DNA of 32,000 nucleotides, from the NCBI RefSeq assembly GCF_001306055.1, contig NZ_LGHJ01000016.1, positions 120,001 through 152,000 on the forward strand, read 5' to 3'. Every line of letters starts with the position of its first letter. Positions within the stretch are counted from its first letter, which is position 1. The position numbers were made by a program, and so were the translations under genes. Source of the DNA: Bellilinea caldifistulae. GTDB lineage: Bacteria > Chloroflexota > Anaerolineae > Anaerolineales > Anaerolineaceae. This document shows positions 1 through 8,888 of this stretch, one piece after another. Below the pieces are notes generated by a model, which saw nothing but the letters and a program-made list of their open reading frames with translations, was not told where the DNA came from and ran no database searches.

Positions 1-677
1 TCTTCCGGTTGAACCAGCCGTCCGGCGGGGGTGTTTTCGATGGCGCGGGTGATGACCTGCGGACTGGAGAGTGAGGCGAAATGCTTGAGGGCATCGGTCT
101 CAACAAGGGATGGTGAAACAGCGTTCACCACAATGTTCAACGGCGCCAATTCAACTGCCAGATACCGGGTCAGGGATTCTAAAGCGGCTTTGGATGCCCC
201 AACCGCCACATAATCCGGCAAAACGCGATGACTGCCCGGCGATGAAATCGCCACAATTGCTCCACCACCTCTTTTTTGCATAAGCGGTGCAGCCCGTTGC
301 GCCGAAAAAAGAAATGCGCGGGCATTGACATTGATGGTGTGATCCCAACCCGTTTCTTTCTGCTGGAGCGCCGGTCGGTTAAAACCGGAGGCAGCATTGC
401 TGATAAAAATATCCAGTCCGCCAAATTGCTGTTCGATGAAATCAAACAAGCGGTGGATGTCCTCAATTTTTCCGACATTGGCGCGAAAAATTTCTGCCCG
501 ACGTCCCATTTGGCGGATTTGTTGGGCAGCTTCTTCGGCAGGGGCTTGATTGCGGACGAAATTAATCACCACATCCGCACCCCGTTCGGCGAGCAGCAGG
601 GCAATGGCTCTGCCAATCCCACGTCCGCCGCCGGTGATCAGTGCAGTTTTACCAAGAAATGGGAGGATCTCATTCAT
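1..677 (-). CDS. fabL: Short-chain dehydrogenase/reductase, FabL-like enoyl-ACP reductase (3' end truncated by window edge)
   Basis: Not in the ORF track because it runs off the window. My reverse-strand translation from ATG at 677-675 gives MNEILPFLGKTALITGGGRGIGRAIALLLAERGADVVINF...NAASG...YVAVGASKAALESLTRYLAVELAP. It has the TGxxxGIG Rossmann motif, NAASG and Y-x3-K catalytic motifs, and resembles B. subtilis FabL from memory. ATGA overlap with the upstream DUF309 gene. Confidence 0.8.
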   Translation of the reverse strand, partial: MNEILPFLGKTALITGGGRGIGRAIALLLAERGADVVINFVRNQAPAEEAAQQIRQMGRRAEIFRANVGKIEDIHRLFDFIEQQFGGLDIFISNAASGFNRPALQQKETGWDHTINVNARAFLFSAQRAAPLMQKRGGGAIVAISSPGSHRVLPDYVAVGASKAALESLTRYLAVELAPLNIVVNAVSPSLVETDALKHFASLSSPQVITRAIENTPAGRLVQPE

Positions 678-1117
678 TCAGGAGTCCCTTCCAGGAGAAT
701 GGGTTTCAATAAATCTCTTTCAAACTGGTGAATGTTTTCCATACCCAGTTCAATCAACCGTTTTTCGGCTTGAAGGGCATCATCTTTCAATTGAGCGAGG
801 TTAACTCCACGATAGAAAGCAGGGTAAGCTGCCAGCCATTTTTTGGCACGGTTGAACATCTTAACCGCTCCACGATAATTCCCATTCAGGATATGATGAT
901 ACGCAACCCCAATTTGGAGAATGCCGCGGTAAAATTCCCGGACTGGACCGGGTTCTTCTCGCCATGCCAACTCTAAAGCTTCGTGGGCTTCAAAGTACTC
1001 TCCCTTGTTAAACAATTCAATTCCAATACCGGCTTGAGGGTGAAGTTTCCCATAGCGGGATTGCTCAATCTCTTGCGGGTTAAAGCGTTGTTCAGGGTAA
1101 ACCGGTTCGTTGGGCAT
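674..1117 (-). CDS. DUF309 domain protein
   Basis: 147-aa ORF with an ATG start. The helical-repeat sequence (GIELFNKGEYFEAHEALELAW...GILQIGVAYHHILNGNYRGAVKMF) is typical of DUF309. Its stop overlaps the fabL-like start (ATGA). Confidence 0.75.
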   Translation of the reverse strand: MPNEPVYPEQRFNPQEIEQSRYGKLHPQAGIGIELFNKGEYFEAHEALELAWREEPGPVREFYRGILQIGVAYHHILNGNYRGAVKMFNRAKKWLAAYPAFYRGVNLAQLKDDALQAEKRLIELGMENIHQFERDLLKPILLEGTPE

Positions 1118-1154
1118 AAAACATTTGCATAAATGGTGGCTTTTATTTTGGGGG

Positions 1155-1163
1155 ATTATAGCA
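1155..1163 (-). promoter_or_regulatory. Extended -10 promoter element (TGcTATAAT) for the DUF309/fabL-like operon
   Basis: The reverse strand reads cctgTGcTATAATccccc about 38 nt upstream of the ATG at 1117. No good -35 is present, consistent with an extended -10 type. Confidence 0.45.
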
Positions 1164-1250
1164 CAGGTAATTCACGAATTTCCTTATCATTCGTTCGAGA
1201 GTTGTGATAGGATAGAAAAGACAATCCTCTAGAATTTTCAAGGTTAGAAT

Positions 1251-2600
1251 ATGTCTTCAAATCCCTCTGTTGACTTTTTACAAGCCTGCCTGGAGCATAA
1301 TTTTTGGACGTGGTCCGCTCAAAGCAAAGTTAATCCTATCCCGGTCACCAAAGCCAAGGGGGTGTATTTCTGGGATGTTGATGGAAAGAGATATTTAGAC
1401 TTGAATTCAATGGTGATGTGCGTCAACATCGGTCATGGTGATGAAAGGGTAGTTGAGGCAATCGTGGAACAGGCACGTCAGTTGCCATTTGCAGGTCCGC
1501 AGATGGCAACTCAAGCGCGAGGCGAGTTGTGTAAAAAATTGACCGAGATTGTTCCGCCGGGTCTGTCTAAATTTTTGTTTACCCTTGGCGGGGCTGATGC
1601 CAATGAAAATGCCATCAAACTGGCGCGGGGTTATACGGGTCGTTTTAAAATTTTGACACGCTACCGATCTTACCACGGGGCAACTTATGGAGCGATTTCG
1701 TTGACCGGTGATCCGCGTCGGGTAGCCTGGGAACCCACTACCATGCCGGGGGTGGTTCATTTTCTTGACCCCTATCGTTACCGTTCAACCTTTCACCGAT
1801 TAAATCCAGACATCACCGAAGACGAGTTTTGCCGGGATTATTTGAATCATCTTGAGGAAATTATCCAGTATGAACGCCCTGAAACGATTGCAGCGATTTT
1901 GATCGAAACGGTCACTGGTACAAATGGGATTATCGTCCCGCCCGATGGCTATTTACAAGGCGTACGTGAGATTTGTGACCGTTATGGCATTGTGATGATC
2001 TGCGATGAGGTGATGAGCGGATTTGGTCGGACGGGTGAGTGGTTTGCGGTGGATCACTGGAAGGTGGTGCCTGACATCATGACAATGGCCAAGGGATTAA
2101 CTTCAGCGTATGCCCCATTGGGGGCGGTTGCGATGAAACCAGAAATTGCCAATGCTTTCAATAATAAGGTCTATGAGGGGGGGTTGACCTTTAATGGTCA
2201 CCCAATTTCGCTGGCAGCGGCGATTGCAACCATCCGAGTGATGCAAGAGGATCATCTCGTTGAACGGGCGAAGCAGATGGGTCAAGTGATGGCAGACATG
2301 CTGGCCGAACTGGCTCAGCGGCATCCTTCTATTGGAGAGGTGCGCTCGATTGGATTGTTCGGGGCTATCGAACTGGTGAAGAATCGAAAAAGTAAAATCC
2401 CAATGGCACCATTCAATCAAAACAGCCCGGAAATGATTGCTTTACGTAAGTATTTGCTTGATCAAGGCGTCTTTCTATATACACACTGGCATACGGTTTT
2501 GCTGGTACCCCCATTGATCATCACCGAAGAGCAATTAGCAGAGGGGTTTGAGGTGATTGACCGCGCACTGATCATTACCGATGCTGCCGTTGAAAAGTGA
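1251..2600 (+). CDS. Class III (omega-amino acid/aspartate aminotransferase family) PLP-dependent aminotransferase
   Basis: 449-aa ORF with family hallmarks: LGGADANENAIKLAR, ICDEVMSGFGRTG, and a PLP-lysine region DIMTMAKGLTS. Confidence 0.85.
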   Translation: MSSNPSVDFLQACLEHNFWTWSAQSKVNPIPVTKAKGVYFWDVDGKRYLDLNSMVMCVNIGHGDERVVEAIVEQARQLPFAGPQMATQARGELCKKLTEIVPPGLSKFLFTLGGADANENAIKLARGYTGRFKILTRYRSYHGATYGAISLTGDPRRVAWEPTTMPGVVHFLDPYRYRSTFHRLNPDITEDEFCRDYLNHLEEIIQYERPETIAAILIETVTGTNGIIVPPDGYLQGVREICDRYGIVMICDEVMSGFGRTGEWFAVDHWKVVPDIMTMAKGLTSAYAPLGAVAMKPEIANAFNNKVYEGGLTFNGHPISLAAAIATIRVMQEDHLVERAKQMGQVMADMLAELAQRHPSIGEVRSIGLFGAIELVKNRKSKIPMAPFNQNSPEMIALRKYLLDQGVFLYTHWHTVLLVPPLIITEEQLAEGFEVIDRALIITDAAVEK

Positions 2601-2674
2601 GTGCCCTAAATGTAACCAAATGTGGATTTTCACATCTAAACACTGGAATTTGAGATCATTGAGGAGATTGCACT

Positions 2675-3652
2675 ATGGAATTTAATCTTTCTGAAGTTGG
2701 ATTGGGCAAAAGCTCAAAGAAAGAAAGCAAAGTGGAAAAGGTTTTGATTTTAGGCGCCGGGCCGGCAGGGCTTTCGGCTGCTTTATATGCGGCAAGAGCG
2801 GAATTAAGTCCGCTTGTGTTGACCGGGACGGAGATGGGTGGACAAGCATCGCTCACTCATACCATTGAAAATTACCCCGGTTTTCCAGAGGGAATTGCTG
2901 GTGCTGAATTAGGTGAATTGTTTCGCCAGCAGGCAGAACGATTTGGGGCACGCTTTGAATATGATCTGGCTACGGCAGTGGACTTAAGCCAGCGTCCTTT
3001 TAAGGTTCGTACTTACAGTAATGAGTATCTGGCGGAAACTCTGATCATTGCAACTGGCGCCAGCCCCAATCATCTCAATGTACCCAAAGAGAGCGAATTG
3101 ACAGGGCGGGGTGTTTCCTATTGTGCTACCTGCGACGGTTGGTTTTTCAAAGATAAAAAAGTGGTTGTCGTTGGTGGTGGAGATAGTGCCCTGGAAGAAG
3201 GCTTATTTTTAACCCGTTATGCAACGGATGTAACTGTTATTCACCGCCGGGATCAATTGAGGGCTGGCGCGATCTTACAAAAGCGCGCACGCGAAAACCC
3301 GAAAATTCACTTTATTTGGGATACGGTGGTTAGTGAAATCCTTGGGAATGGGGTAGTCAACGGTGTGCGCTTAAAGAATGTAAAGACCGGAGAAACAAGA
3401 GATCTTGAAACTGATGGTGTGTTTATCTTTATTGGTCACACGCCTAACACACAGCTCTTTCAGGGCCAATTAGACATGACACCTCAGGGATATATCGTTA
3501 CGGATATGCAAATGCGGACAAGTGTTGAAGGTGTCTTTGCGGCTGGTGAAGTAATGGATCCGCACTATCGTCAAGTGGTCACTTCTGCCGGAATGGGCGC
3601 GGCAGCAGCGATCGAAGCTACACGATTTTTAGAGGCACATTCCAGCGAGTGA
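2675..3652 (+). CDS. trxB: Thioredoxin-disulfide reductase
   Basis: 325-aa ORF with FAD motif [17 protein letters not shown], redox-active CATCDG, NADPH motif [13 protein letters not shown] and C-terminal FAAGEV. RBS GAGGAG lies 8 nt upstream. Confidence 0.9.
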   Translation: MEFNLSEVGLGKSSKKESKVEKVLILGAGPAGLSAALYAARAELSPLVLTGTEMGGQASLTHTIENYPGFPEGIAGAELGELFRQQAERFGARFEYDLATAVDLSQRPFKVRTYSNEYLAETLIIATGASPNHLNVPKESELTGRGVSYCATCDGWFFKDKKVVVVGGGDSALEEGLFLTRYATDVTVIHRRDQLRAGAILQKRARENPKIHFIWDTVVSEILGNGVVNGVRLKNVKTGETRDLETDGVFIFIGHTPNTQLFQGQLDMTPQGYIVTDMQMRTSVEGVFAAGEVMDPHYRQVVTSAGMGAAAAIEATRFLEAHSSE

Positions 3653-3667
3653 AGTTTACTGGATGAT

Positions 3668-3703
3668 AAAACGGGTGCGCCTCCGCGAGAGCGCACCCGT
3701 TTT
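3668..3703. terminator. Bidirectional intrinsic terminator between convergent trxB and the LysM gene
   Basis: aaaacgggtgcgc-ctccgcgaga-gcgcacccgtttt forms a 13-bp perfect stem. It is flanked by an A-run and a T-run, so it reads as hairpin plus U-tract on both strands. Confidence 0.8.
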
Positions 3704-3707
3704 CGAT

Positions 3708-4883
3708 TCAGGGGGTTGGGGAAGGCGGTGCACTTCCGGCGCTCCACCACACGAAAGTCCGTGAAGTGCTGGCAGCACCTGCGGTATCATAAATCGGTTT
3801 TCCGTCTGCGGAAGTGCCAATTTGCCGAACAGGGACTACATACCAGCGTAACACATGGGGAGTGTTGTCGGTGGGACGGAAGGAGGACGGTACGATGAAT
3901 TTGGTATCGGTGACGTACTCGGTCAGACGCCGGCCTTTCCCTTCGGTGATATCTTCCACGCTCACGGCGTAGGCTTCATTTTGACGCAAGGTGCCCACCG
4001 ATGCCCATTGTAAGGTGACCGAGTCGTTTGCTGCGGTGAATACAGCGCCATCAGCCGGAAGCAGGAGGTTGGGGGCTGCATAAGGTGGTGGATTTGTGGG
4101 AGTTGGGGTGGGGCCAGGGGTCGGCAGACGCTCGCAAAGCGGAATGTTGAGCGTCATCCCTTCATAGACCACATCCGAAGGTAAGCCATTGTAGGATTTG
4201 ATGGCATCTGCCGAAACATTGTAGTTGCGAGCAATGCCGCTCAGGGTATCTCCGCTTTGTACTTTATACGGGAACATTTGACAGGCGACCTCGGTTGCCT
4301 GTTGGGGGCTGAGTGTGTTGGTGGGCTGCGGTGAGGGGGTTGGCGTCGGCTGTGGAATTAGCAGAATGTTGCCGGGGACCAAATTGTCACAGGCGGGTGA
4401 TAGTTTGTTGAGTTGGATGATACTGTTGACCGAAACACCAAAATTGTACGCAATGGTCAGACATGTGTCTTTGGGTTGTATGCGATACTCTTGAGGTGGT
4501 AAGGGGGTGAAGGTGGGCTGCGGTGTAGGCGTTTCGGTGGTTGTGGGGGTCAGGGTAATTGTGGGGGTAAGGCTGGCGGTGGGGCTTGGGGTTGCATTGT
4601 CTGCTACGGCAGGAGCAGAGGCTTGAAACACGGCAAAAACTGTCCCTGCACCAATCCCAAGCAGCAAGAGGATCAAACCAATCGCCGCCGGAAGTGAGAG
4701 GGTTAGTTGGGGCATTCGCGGAGTTTCAACAAGATCCGCTTTCTTTTTCCCTTCCGTTGAAGAGTTTGTTTTTTCTGGATTGAATTGGCGGCCGCACACC
4801 AGGCATCGGGTTGCATTGATGCTTAATTTTGTCCCACAGGTTGGGCAAATTTTGGTTTTTGAGGTAAGTTCTTCAGGACTCAT
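3708..4883 (-). CDS. Membrane-anchored LysM peptidoglycan-binding protein with N-terminal zinc ribbon and Pro/Thr-rich linkers
   Basis: The ORF track gives 3708..4940. I prefer the ATG at 4883 (MSPEELTSKTKICPTCG...) because a TGtTATAAT promoter lies inside the longer version. Features: CPTCG...CLVCG zinc ribbon, one TM segment, PT-rich linkers, and two LysM-like segments (YRIQPKDTCLTIAYNFGVSVNSIIQLN; YKVQSGDTLSGIARNYNVSADAIKSYN). Confidence 0.8.
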   Translation of the reverse strand: MSPEELTSKTKICPTCGTKLSINATRCLVCGRQFNPEKTNSSTEGKKKADLVETPRMPQLTLSLPAAIGLILLLLGIGAGTVFAVFQASAPAVADNATPSPTASLTPTITLTPTTTETPTPQPTFTPLPPQEYRIQPKDTCLTIAYNFGVSVNSIIQLNKLSPACDNLVPGNILLIPQPTPTPSPQPTNTLSPQQATEVACQMFPYKVQSGDTLSGIARNYNVSADAIKSYNGLPSDVVYEGMTLNIPLCERLPTPGPTPTPTNPPPYAAPNLLLPADGAVFTAANDSVTLQWASVGTLRQNEAYAVSVEDITEGKGRRLTEYVTDTKFIVPSSFRPTDNTPHVLRWYVVPVRQIGTSADGKPIYDTAGAASTSRTFVWWSAGSAPPSPTP

Positions 4884-4928
4884 AGGCTCTATTTTAATCC
4901 AATCACCGGGAAACCCCCGGCGCAAGAG

Positions 4929-4937
4929 ATTATAACA
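4929..4937 (-). promoter_or_regulatory. Extended -10 promoter (TGtTATAAT) of the LysM gene
   Basis: The reverse strand reads gaatgTGtTATAATctcttg, with a TTGTCA-like -35 about 15-17 nt upstream. It lies about 45 nt upstream of the ATG at 4883. Confidence 0.5.
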
Positions 4938-4969
4938 CATTCAAAAATTTGACAAGGGCAAAATCGTTT

Positions 4970-4998
4970 TTGCACGGAATTTTTCAATGTGGTATGCT
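4970..4998 (+). promoter_or_regulatory. Candidate hemW promoter: -35 TTGCAC, 17-nt spacer, extended -10 TGgTATGCT
   Basis: Seen directly. The -10 ends 7 nt before the ATG at 5006, so the predicted TSS falls at or next to the start codon (possibly leaderless). Confidence 0.35.
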
Positions 4999-5005
4999 AT
5001 GAGGA

Positions 5006-6253
5006 ATGCCGACCAAAATCAGTCTTTATATACATATTCCCTTCTGCCGCCATCGGTGTGCCTATTGTGATTTCAATACCTACGCTGGTCAGGAGAGCCT
5101 GATACCGGCCTACCTCAAAGCGTTGCAGGCAGAAATTGAACAGGTGGCGGTAAAGTTAAACTTCCCCCACGAAATTGGTACGATATTTTTAGGGGGTGGA
5201 ACGCCATCCTACCTTCCGGTTGAGGGGTTGCGAGAAATTCTCAATACTTGTCGGCGAGTGTTCCCGATTAGGGATGATTGTGAAATCAGCATCGAGGCAA
5301 ATCCCGGAACAGTACATCGCGAGGGTTTGTCTGAATTGCGAAGGGCGGGGTTTAACCGGATCAGTATGGGGATGCAAAGTGCGAACATCCACGAGTTGAG
5401 ACTGCTGGAGAGAGAGCATGATCCGATTGCGGTCATCCAAGCCGTCGCATCGGCACGTCTGGCCGGGTTTGAAAATCTTAACCTCGATTTGATATTTGGT
5501 ATTCCCGGACAGACTATGGATAGCTGGAAGAAATCCATCCACTTTGCATTGGACTTGAAGCCAGATCACCTCTCACTTTATGCATTGACGATTGAACATG
5601 GAACGCCGTTCAAGAAATGGGTGGAGCGGGGTTTGATTAATGTACCGGATGATGATTTGGCGGCTGATCAATATGAATATGCCTGCCAGATACTGGAAGA
5701 AGCCGGGTTTGAGCATTACGAAATTTCTAATTGGGCGTTGAAAACCGGTGACCGGTCAAAAATGTGCCAACACAACCTTCAATACTGGCGTTACCTGCCC
5801 TATATCGGTGTGGGAGCAGGAGCGCATGGCTTTTTGGAAAACCATCGAACGGTTAATGTGAGGGGGATAAAAGCATATATTGATAGAATGAATTTTTCAG
5901 TAGAAATGCCCTTTCCGGCCTCTTCGGCGGCTGAACAGGTGGGTGAACTGGATTTGTGGACGCAAATGCAGGAAAAAATGATGGTGAGCCTTCGCTTGCT
6001 GAACGAGGGGGTCGAGGCGGCTTCTTTCGCTCAACGATTTGGAGTTGAGTTAGAGGAAGTATTTGGGGATCAAATTGCCAGGTTGACCAGGCAAGGTTTG
6101 CTGAAATGGGCAGGCAGCTCAGATCAGCGGCGTTTGCGTCTTACTCAGCAGGCATGGCTTTTGGCAAACCGTGTTTTTCGGGAGTTTATCGGCTTGAAAG
6201 AACCGCCAGTTTTCCGTAAAAATGCTCATTCGACCACAACGCGGGTGCCGTAA
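5006..6253 (+). CDS. hemW: Radical SAM heme chaperone HemW (coproporphyrinogen III oxidase-like)
   Basis: 415-aa ORF starting MPTKISLYIHIPFCRHRCAYCDF (CxxxCxxC), followed by GGGTPS and a HemN_C-like tail. Its 3' end overlaps the convergent L,D-transpeptidase gene by 28 bp. Confidence 0.85.
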   Translation: MPTKISLYIHIPFCRHRCAYCDFNTYAGQESLIPAYLKALQAEIEQVAVKLNFPHEIGTIFLGGGTPSYLPVEGLREILNTCRRVFPIRDDCEISIEANPGTVHREGLSELRRAGFNRISMGMQSANIHELRLLEREHDPIAVIQAVASARLAGFENLNLDLIFGIPGQTMDSWKKSIHFALDLKPDHLSLYALTIEHGTPFKKWVERGLINVPDDDLAADQYEYACQILEEAGFEHYEISNWALKTGDRSKMCQHNLQYWRYLPYIGVGAGAHGFLENHRTVNVRGIKAYIDRMNFSVEMPFPASSAAEQVGELDLWTQMQEKMMVSLRLLNEGVEAASFAQRFGVELEEVFGDQIARLTRQGLLKWAGSSDQRRLRLTQQAWLLANRVFREFIGLKEPPVFRKNAHSTTTRVP

Positions 6254-7260
6254 CCGCGCCTTTCCATGTCGCCTGGTTCTGAAATCGGTAGAACCCAGCG
6301 AAAGAGCCATTTGGCTTCTTCGGTGCGCATATTAACGCAGCCGTGCGAGCGAGGGGTGCCAAAATCCTGATGCCAGTAGGTACCATGAAACGCAACCCCG
6401 GTTTGTTCAAAAAAACATGTCCAGGGCACACCAGGAAGTTCGTAATCCTCCGGATTTCCGGTTAGGCGTCCATCGCCCATGTGTTTTGAAGGCATTTTTG
6501 AATAAATGTTAAATTCGCCCTTCGGGGTCTCCCATGGGATCTCACCTTCGGGCTTATAGTTCAGGCCGGTGGACACGCGAGTCTGAAAAACGATTTCGTC
6601 GTTTTCGTAACAGGTCACTGTTTGGCGGCCGCGGCTGACAACGATGCGTTTCTTATGGTGTGGGACTTGCGGAGAAATGGGAGCGAGTTCTTCGTCTGGG
6701 ATTAAGCGAAGATGATATGCTGGTACATGATATTCAATTTTCAATAATTCATCCAGGATTCGGTACCAGGCTTCGCCATCCGGGCCTTCGTCTATACTGG
6801 TGACCCAATGTACGGACTCATAATACAGGCGGTAAAGGGTTTGCCAGCCCTCAAAAGAGGTGTACCGCATAGCCTGGGAATAAGGTACGGTCACTTCGGC
6901 GAGCTGCCCTCCTTCGCGGATTTGGGAAGCGATGGGGTTGTACTGCACTCTTACCCGCTGGGTATTGGCGCGGTGAATGTAGCCGCCCCAAACTCGATAC
7001 CAGAACGGGTTGTAGCCGGGGCCGGCTTCTGATTCGATCTCGTAGTAGACATTGACTAACTCATCCCGAAAGCGCTGAAACAAGATTTGGCTTTTATCGT
7101 TGGGCTGAGCATAAACACTGACCGAATGAACGGTGATGCGGATCAGGTCGTTTTTTTGATTATCTTCCTCAAAACCGGAAAATGGGCGAAATGCCAGGCC
7201 GGCCAGACCTGCTGCGGCACATAGCTTAAGAAATTCTCGGCGAGATAATCGGATTCCCAT
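6226..7260 (-). CDS. TAT-exported L,D-transpeptidase (YkuD domain)
   Basis: 344-aa ORF with an N-terminal twin-arginine signal (MGIRLSRREFLKLCAAAGLAGLA) and the C-terminal YkuD catalytic motif HGT...SHGCVNM. Confidence 0.85.
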   Translation of the reverse strand: MGIRLSRREFLKLCAAAGLAGLAFRPFSGFEEDNQKNDLIRITVHSVSVYAQPNDKSQILFQRFRDELVNVYYEIESEAGPGYNPFWYRVWGGYIHRANTQRVRVQYNPIASQIREGGQLAEVTVPYSQAMRYTSFEGWQTLYRLYYESVHWVTSIDEGPDGEAWYRILDELLKIEYHVPAYHLRLIPDEELAPISPQVPHHKKRIVVSRGRQTVTCYENDEIVFQTRVSTGLNYKPEGEIPWETPKGEFNIYSKMPSKHMGDGRLTGNPEDYELPGVPWTCFFEQTGVAFHGTYWHQDFGTPRSHGCVNMRTEEAKWLFRWVLPISEPGDMERRGYGTRVVVE

Positions 7261-7269
7261 GGTGGGAAA

Positions 7270-7278
7270 ATTATACCA
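7270..7278 (-). promoter_or_regulatory. Extended -10 promoter (TGgTATAAT) abutting the L,D-transpeptidase start
   Basis: The reverse strand reads catTGgTATAATtttcccaccATG. Only 9 nt separate the -10 from the start codon, and there is no SD. Confidence 0.4.
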
Positions 7279-7310
7279 ATGATTCGGGTGTGATTTTTAT
7301 TTTGTATTGA

Positions 7311-8198
7311 ATGATTGAAGGTAGAATGGTTGATATGTCGGCGGTAATACTGGCTGTCTTTTCGGCAGTTTCGGGCGGGTTGGCAAACCTTTTTGCGCGG
7401 CGGTTGGTTTCGGTTAGTCAGACCCGCAACATGCTCAGTTTTAATTTTGCTTTGATGGCCGGTATGTTACTTCCGGCTACTCCGTGGTTTTTCCATCTCA
7501 ACCTGAACACCAAAGGTTTGATTCTGTTGGCAGGCGCAATCAGTTTGGATGGACTGGCAAATTATGGTTACTTTCGTTCGTTCGAGAGAATGGATGCAGT
7601 GACGGCAAGCGGCTTGCTGGCAGTTTCTCCGCTGTTTGCGTTGGCTCTGACACCGCTTTTCTTGTATCAAGGTTCAAACCCTGGTTCAGGTCAGATTCTG
7701 GCGGTAGGTTTATTCACCTTCGGGATCATCATGATTCTTGTGGGATTGCGGAAGTATTCTGTTTCCCAGAAAAGTTTTCCGACAAAAGAGTTCGTCTTTC
7801 CCTTGGGAACGGCTTTTTTGTTTAGCATCAGCATGTTTTTCGTAAAGGATTTATTTCTTGGAAATTTTCTAAATCCCTTCACTTATTATTTTCTCCGGGC
7901 AGTAGTCATCAGCGTTGTTTCGTGGGTGCTCATCAAACCTGACCTGGGATGGATTAATGGTTTCAATCTCCTGTTAACCGCCGGCCGATTGATTTTCGTA
8001 ATTGGACAATGGCTGTTTCTACTCACTGCCTTGAAAACCGGTCATCCGGCTGTGATTAAAGCAATCGCAGATCTTTCTCCGCTGGTTGTGGTAGTGTTTT
8101 CGTGGAGTGTGCTGCGGGAAAGGCCGTCATTCTTGCAAGTCGCAGGGATGATTATGATTCTGGCTGGGGGAAGCGTGTTAGCCTTTTACAGGAATTGA
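7311..8198 (+). CDS. EamA/DMT-family permease
   Basis: 295-aa ORF with about 10 hydrophobic helices in a two-repeat EamA-like layout. The start is ambiguous, with in-frame ATGs at 7311, 7326 and 7335. Confidence 0.7.
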   Translation: MIEGRMVDMSAVILAVFSAVSGGLANLFARRLVSVSQTRNMLSFNFALMAGMLLPATPWFFHLNLNTKGLILLAGAISLDGLANYGYFRSFERMDAVTASGLLAVSPLFALALTPLFLYQGSNPGSGQILAVGLFTFGIIMILVGLRKYSVSQKSFPTKEFVFPLGTAFLFSISMFFVKDLFLGNFLNPFTYYFLRAVVISVVSWVLIKPDLGWINGFNLLLTAGRLIFVIGQWLFLLTALKTGHPAVIKAIADLSPLVVVVFSWSVLRERPSFLQVAGMIMILAGGSVLAFYRN

Positions 8199-8260
8199 AT
8201 GGGATTGATCTGGAAAATTAAAACACATCCCCTTACCATTTTTTTTGGTAGGGGTTATTT

Positions 8261-8338
<78 letters not shown>

Positions 8339-8351
8339 ATGGACGAGGGTT

Positions 8352-8380
8352 ATTATATTCCCAAACCGTTGTTTTGGCAA
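8352..8380 (-). promoter_or_regulatory. tRNA-Pro promoter: -35 TTGCCA, 17-nt spacer, -10 TATAAT
   Basis: The reverse strand reads TTGCCAaaacaacggtttgggaaTATAAT. The -10 ends 13 nt upstream of tRNA position 1. Confidence 0.55.
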
Positions 8381-8396
8381 CCTTTTACCGGTAATT

Positions 8397-8804
8397 TTAT
8401 TTCTCGCCTTTGGATTCAAAAAAATTGGTGTAGGCTTTATCCTCATCGAGGATGTGGTTGACCAGCCACTCCTTCAAGAAATTCATCATCTGGACACTCA
8501 GGCCGATTTTGCCCTCCTTGTATTGATTTTTGTAATCCATTACTTGTTGAGTCAGGCGATCATGAGATTCCTTGTGTTGGGTGTATTGAGGATAAGCGTG
8601 CTTGAGCATGAGCGCCTCTTCACTGGAAAAATGCCTGCGAGTATAGTCAACCAGCTCGTCAAGTATTTTTCCCAATTCTACCTGGCCTTTACCGACCTTC
8701 ATGGCTTCGTATAGTTGATTGATCAAGTTGACCAGCTGCTGGTGTTGTTGATCAAATTTGGAAATTTTTACCGAATAACGATCTTCCCACTTAATCAGTG
8801 ACAT
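8397..8804 (-). CDS. Hemerythrin-like metal-binding protein (bacteriohemerythrin)
   Basis: The ORF track gives 8397..8870. I prefer the ATG at 8804 (MSLIKWEDRYSV...), preceded by AGGAGAACAAG. His/Glu/Asp ligand pattern: DQQHQQL, RRHFSSEE, HKESH, WLVNHILDEDK. Confidence 0.8.
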   Translation of the reverse strand: MSLIKWEDRYSVKISKFDQQHQQLVNLINQLYEAMKVGKGQVELGKILDELVDYTRRHFSSEEALMLKHAYPQYTQHKESHDRLTQQVMDYKNQYKEGKIGLSVQMMNFLKEWLVNHILDEDKAYTNFFESKGEK

Positions 8805-8888
8805 CTTGTTCTCCTGTTTGCAATTGTTCATGCTCATCTGAATATAGGGTTTTTGTTGATGGGTATCCATAAATTTGGAGTAAATTTT

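Noticed and set aside
151-731. Several ORF-track entries (151..348 -, 179..478 -, 276..731 +, 550..804 +) at the left edge.
   Set aside because: They overlap the well-supported FabL-like SDR frame (1..677, minus), which the track omits because it runs off the window. Their translations have no recognisable motifs.
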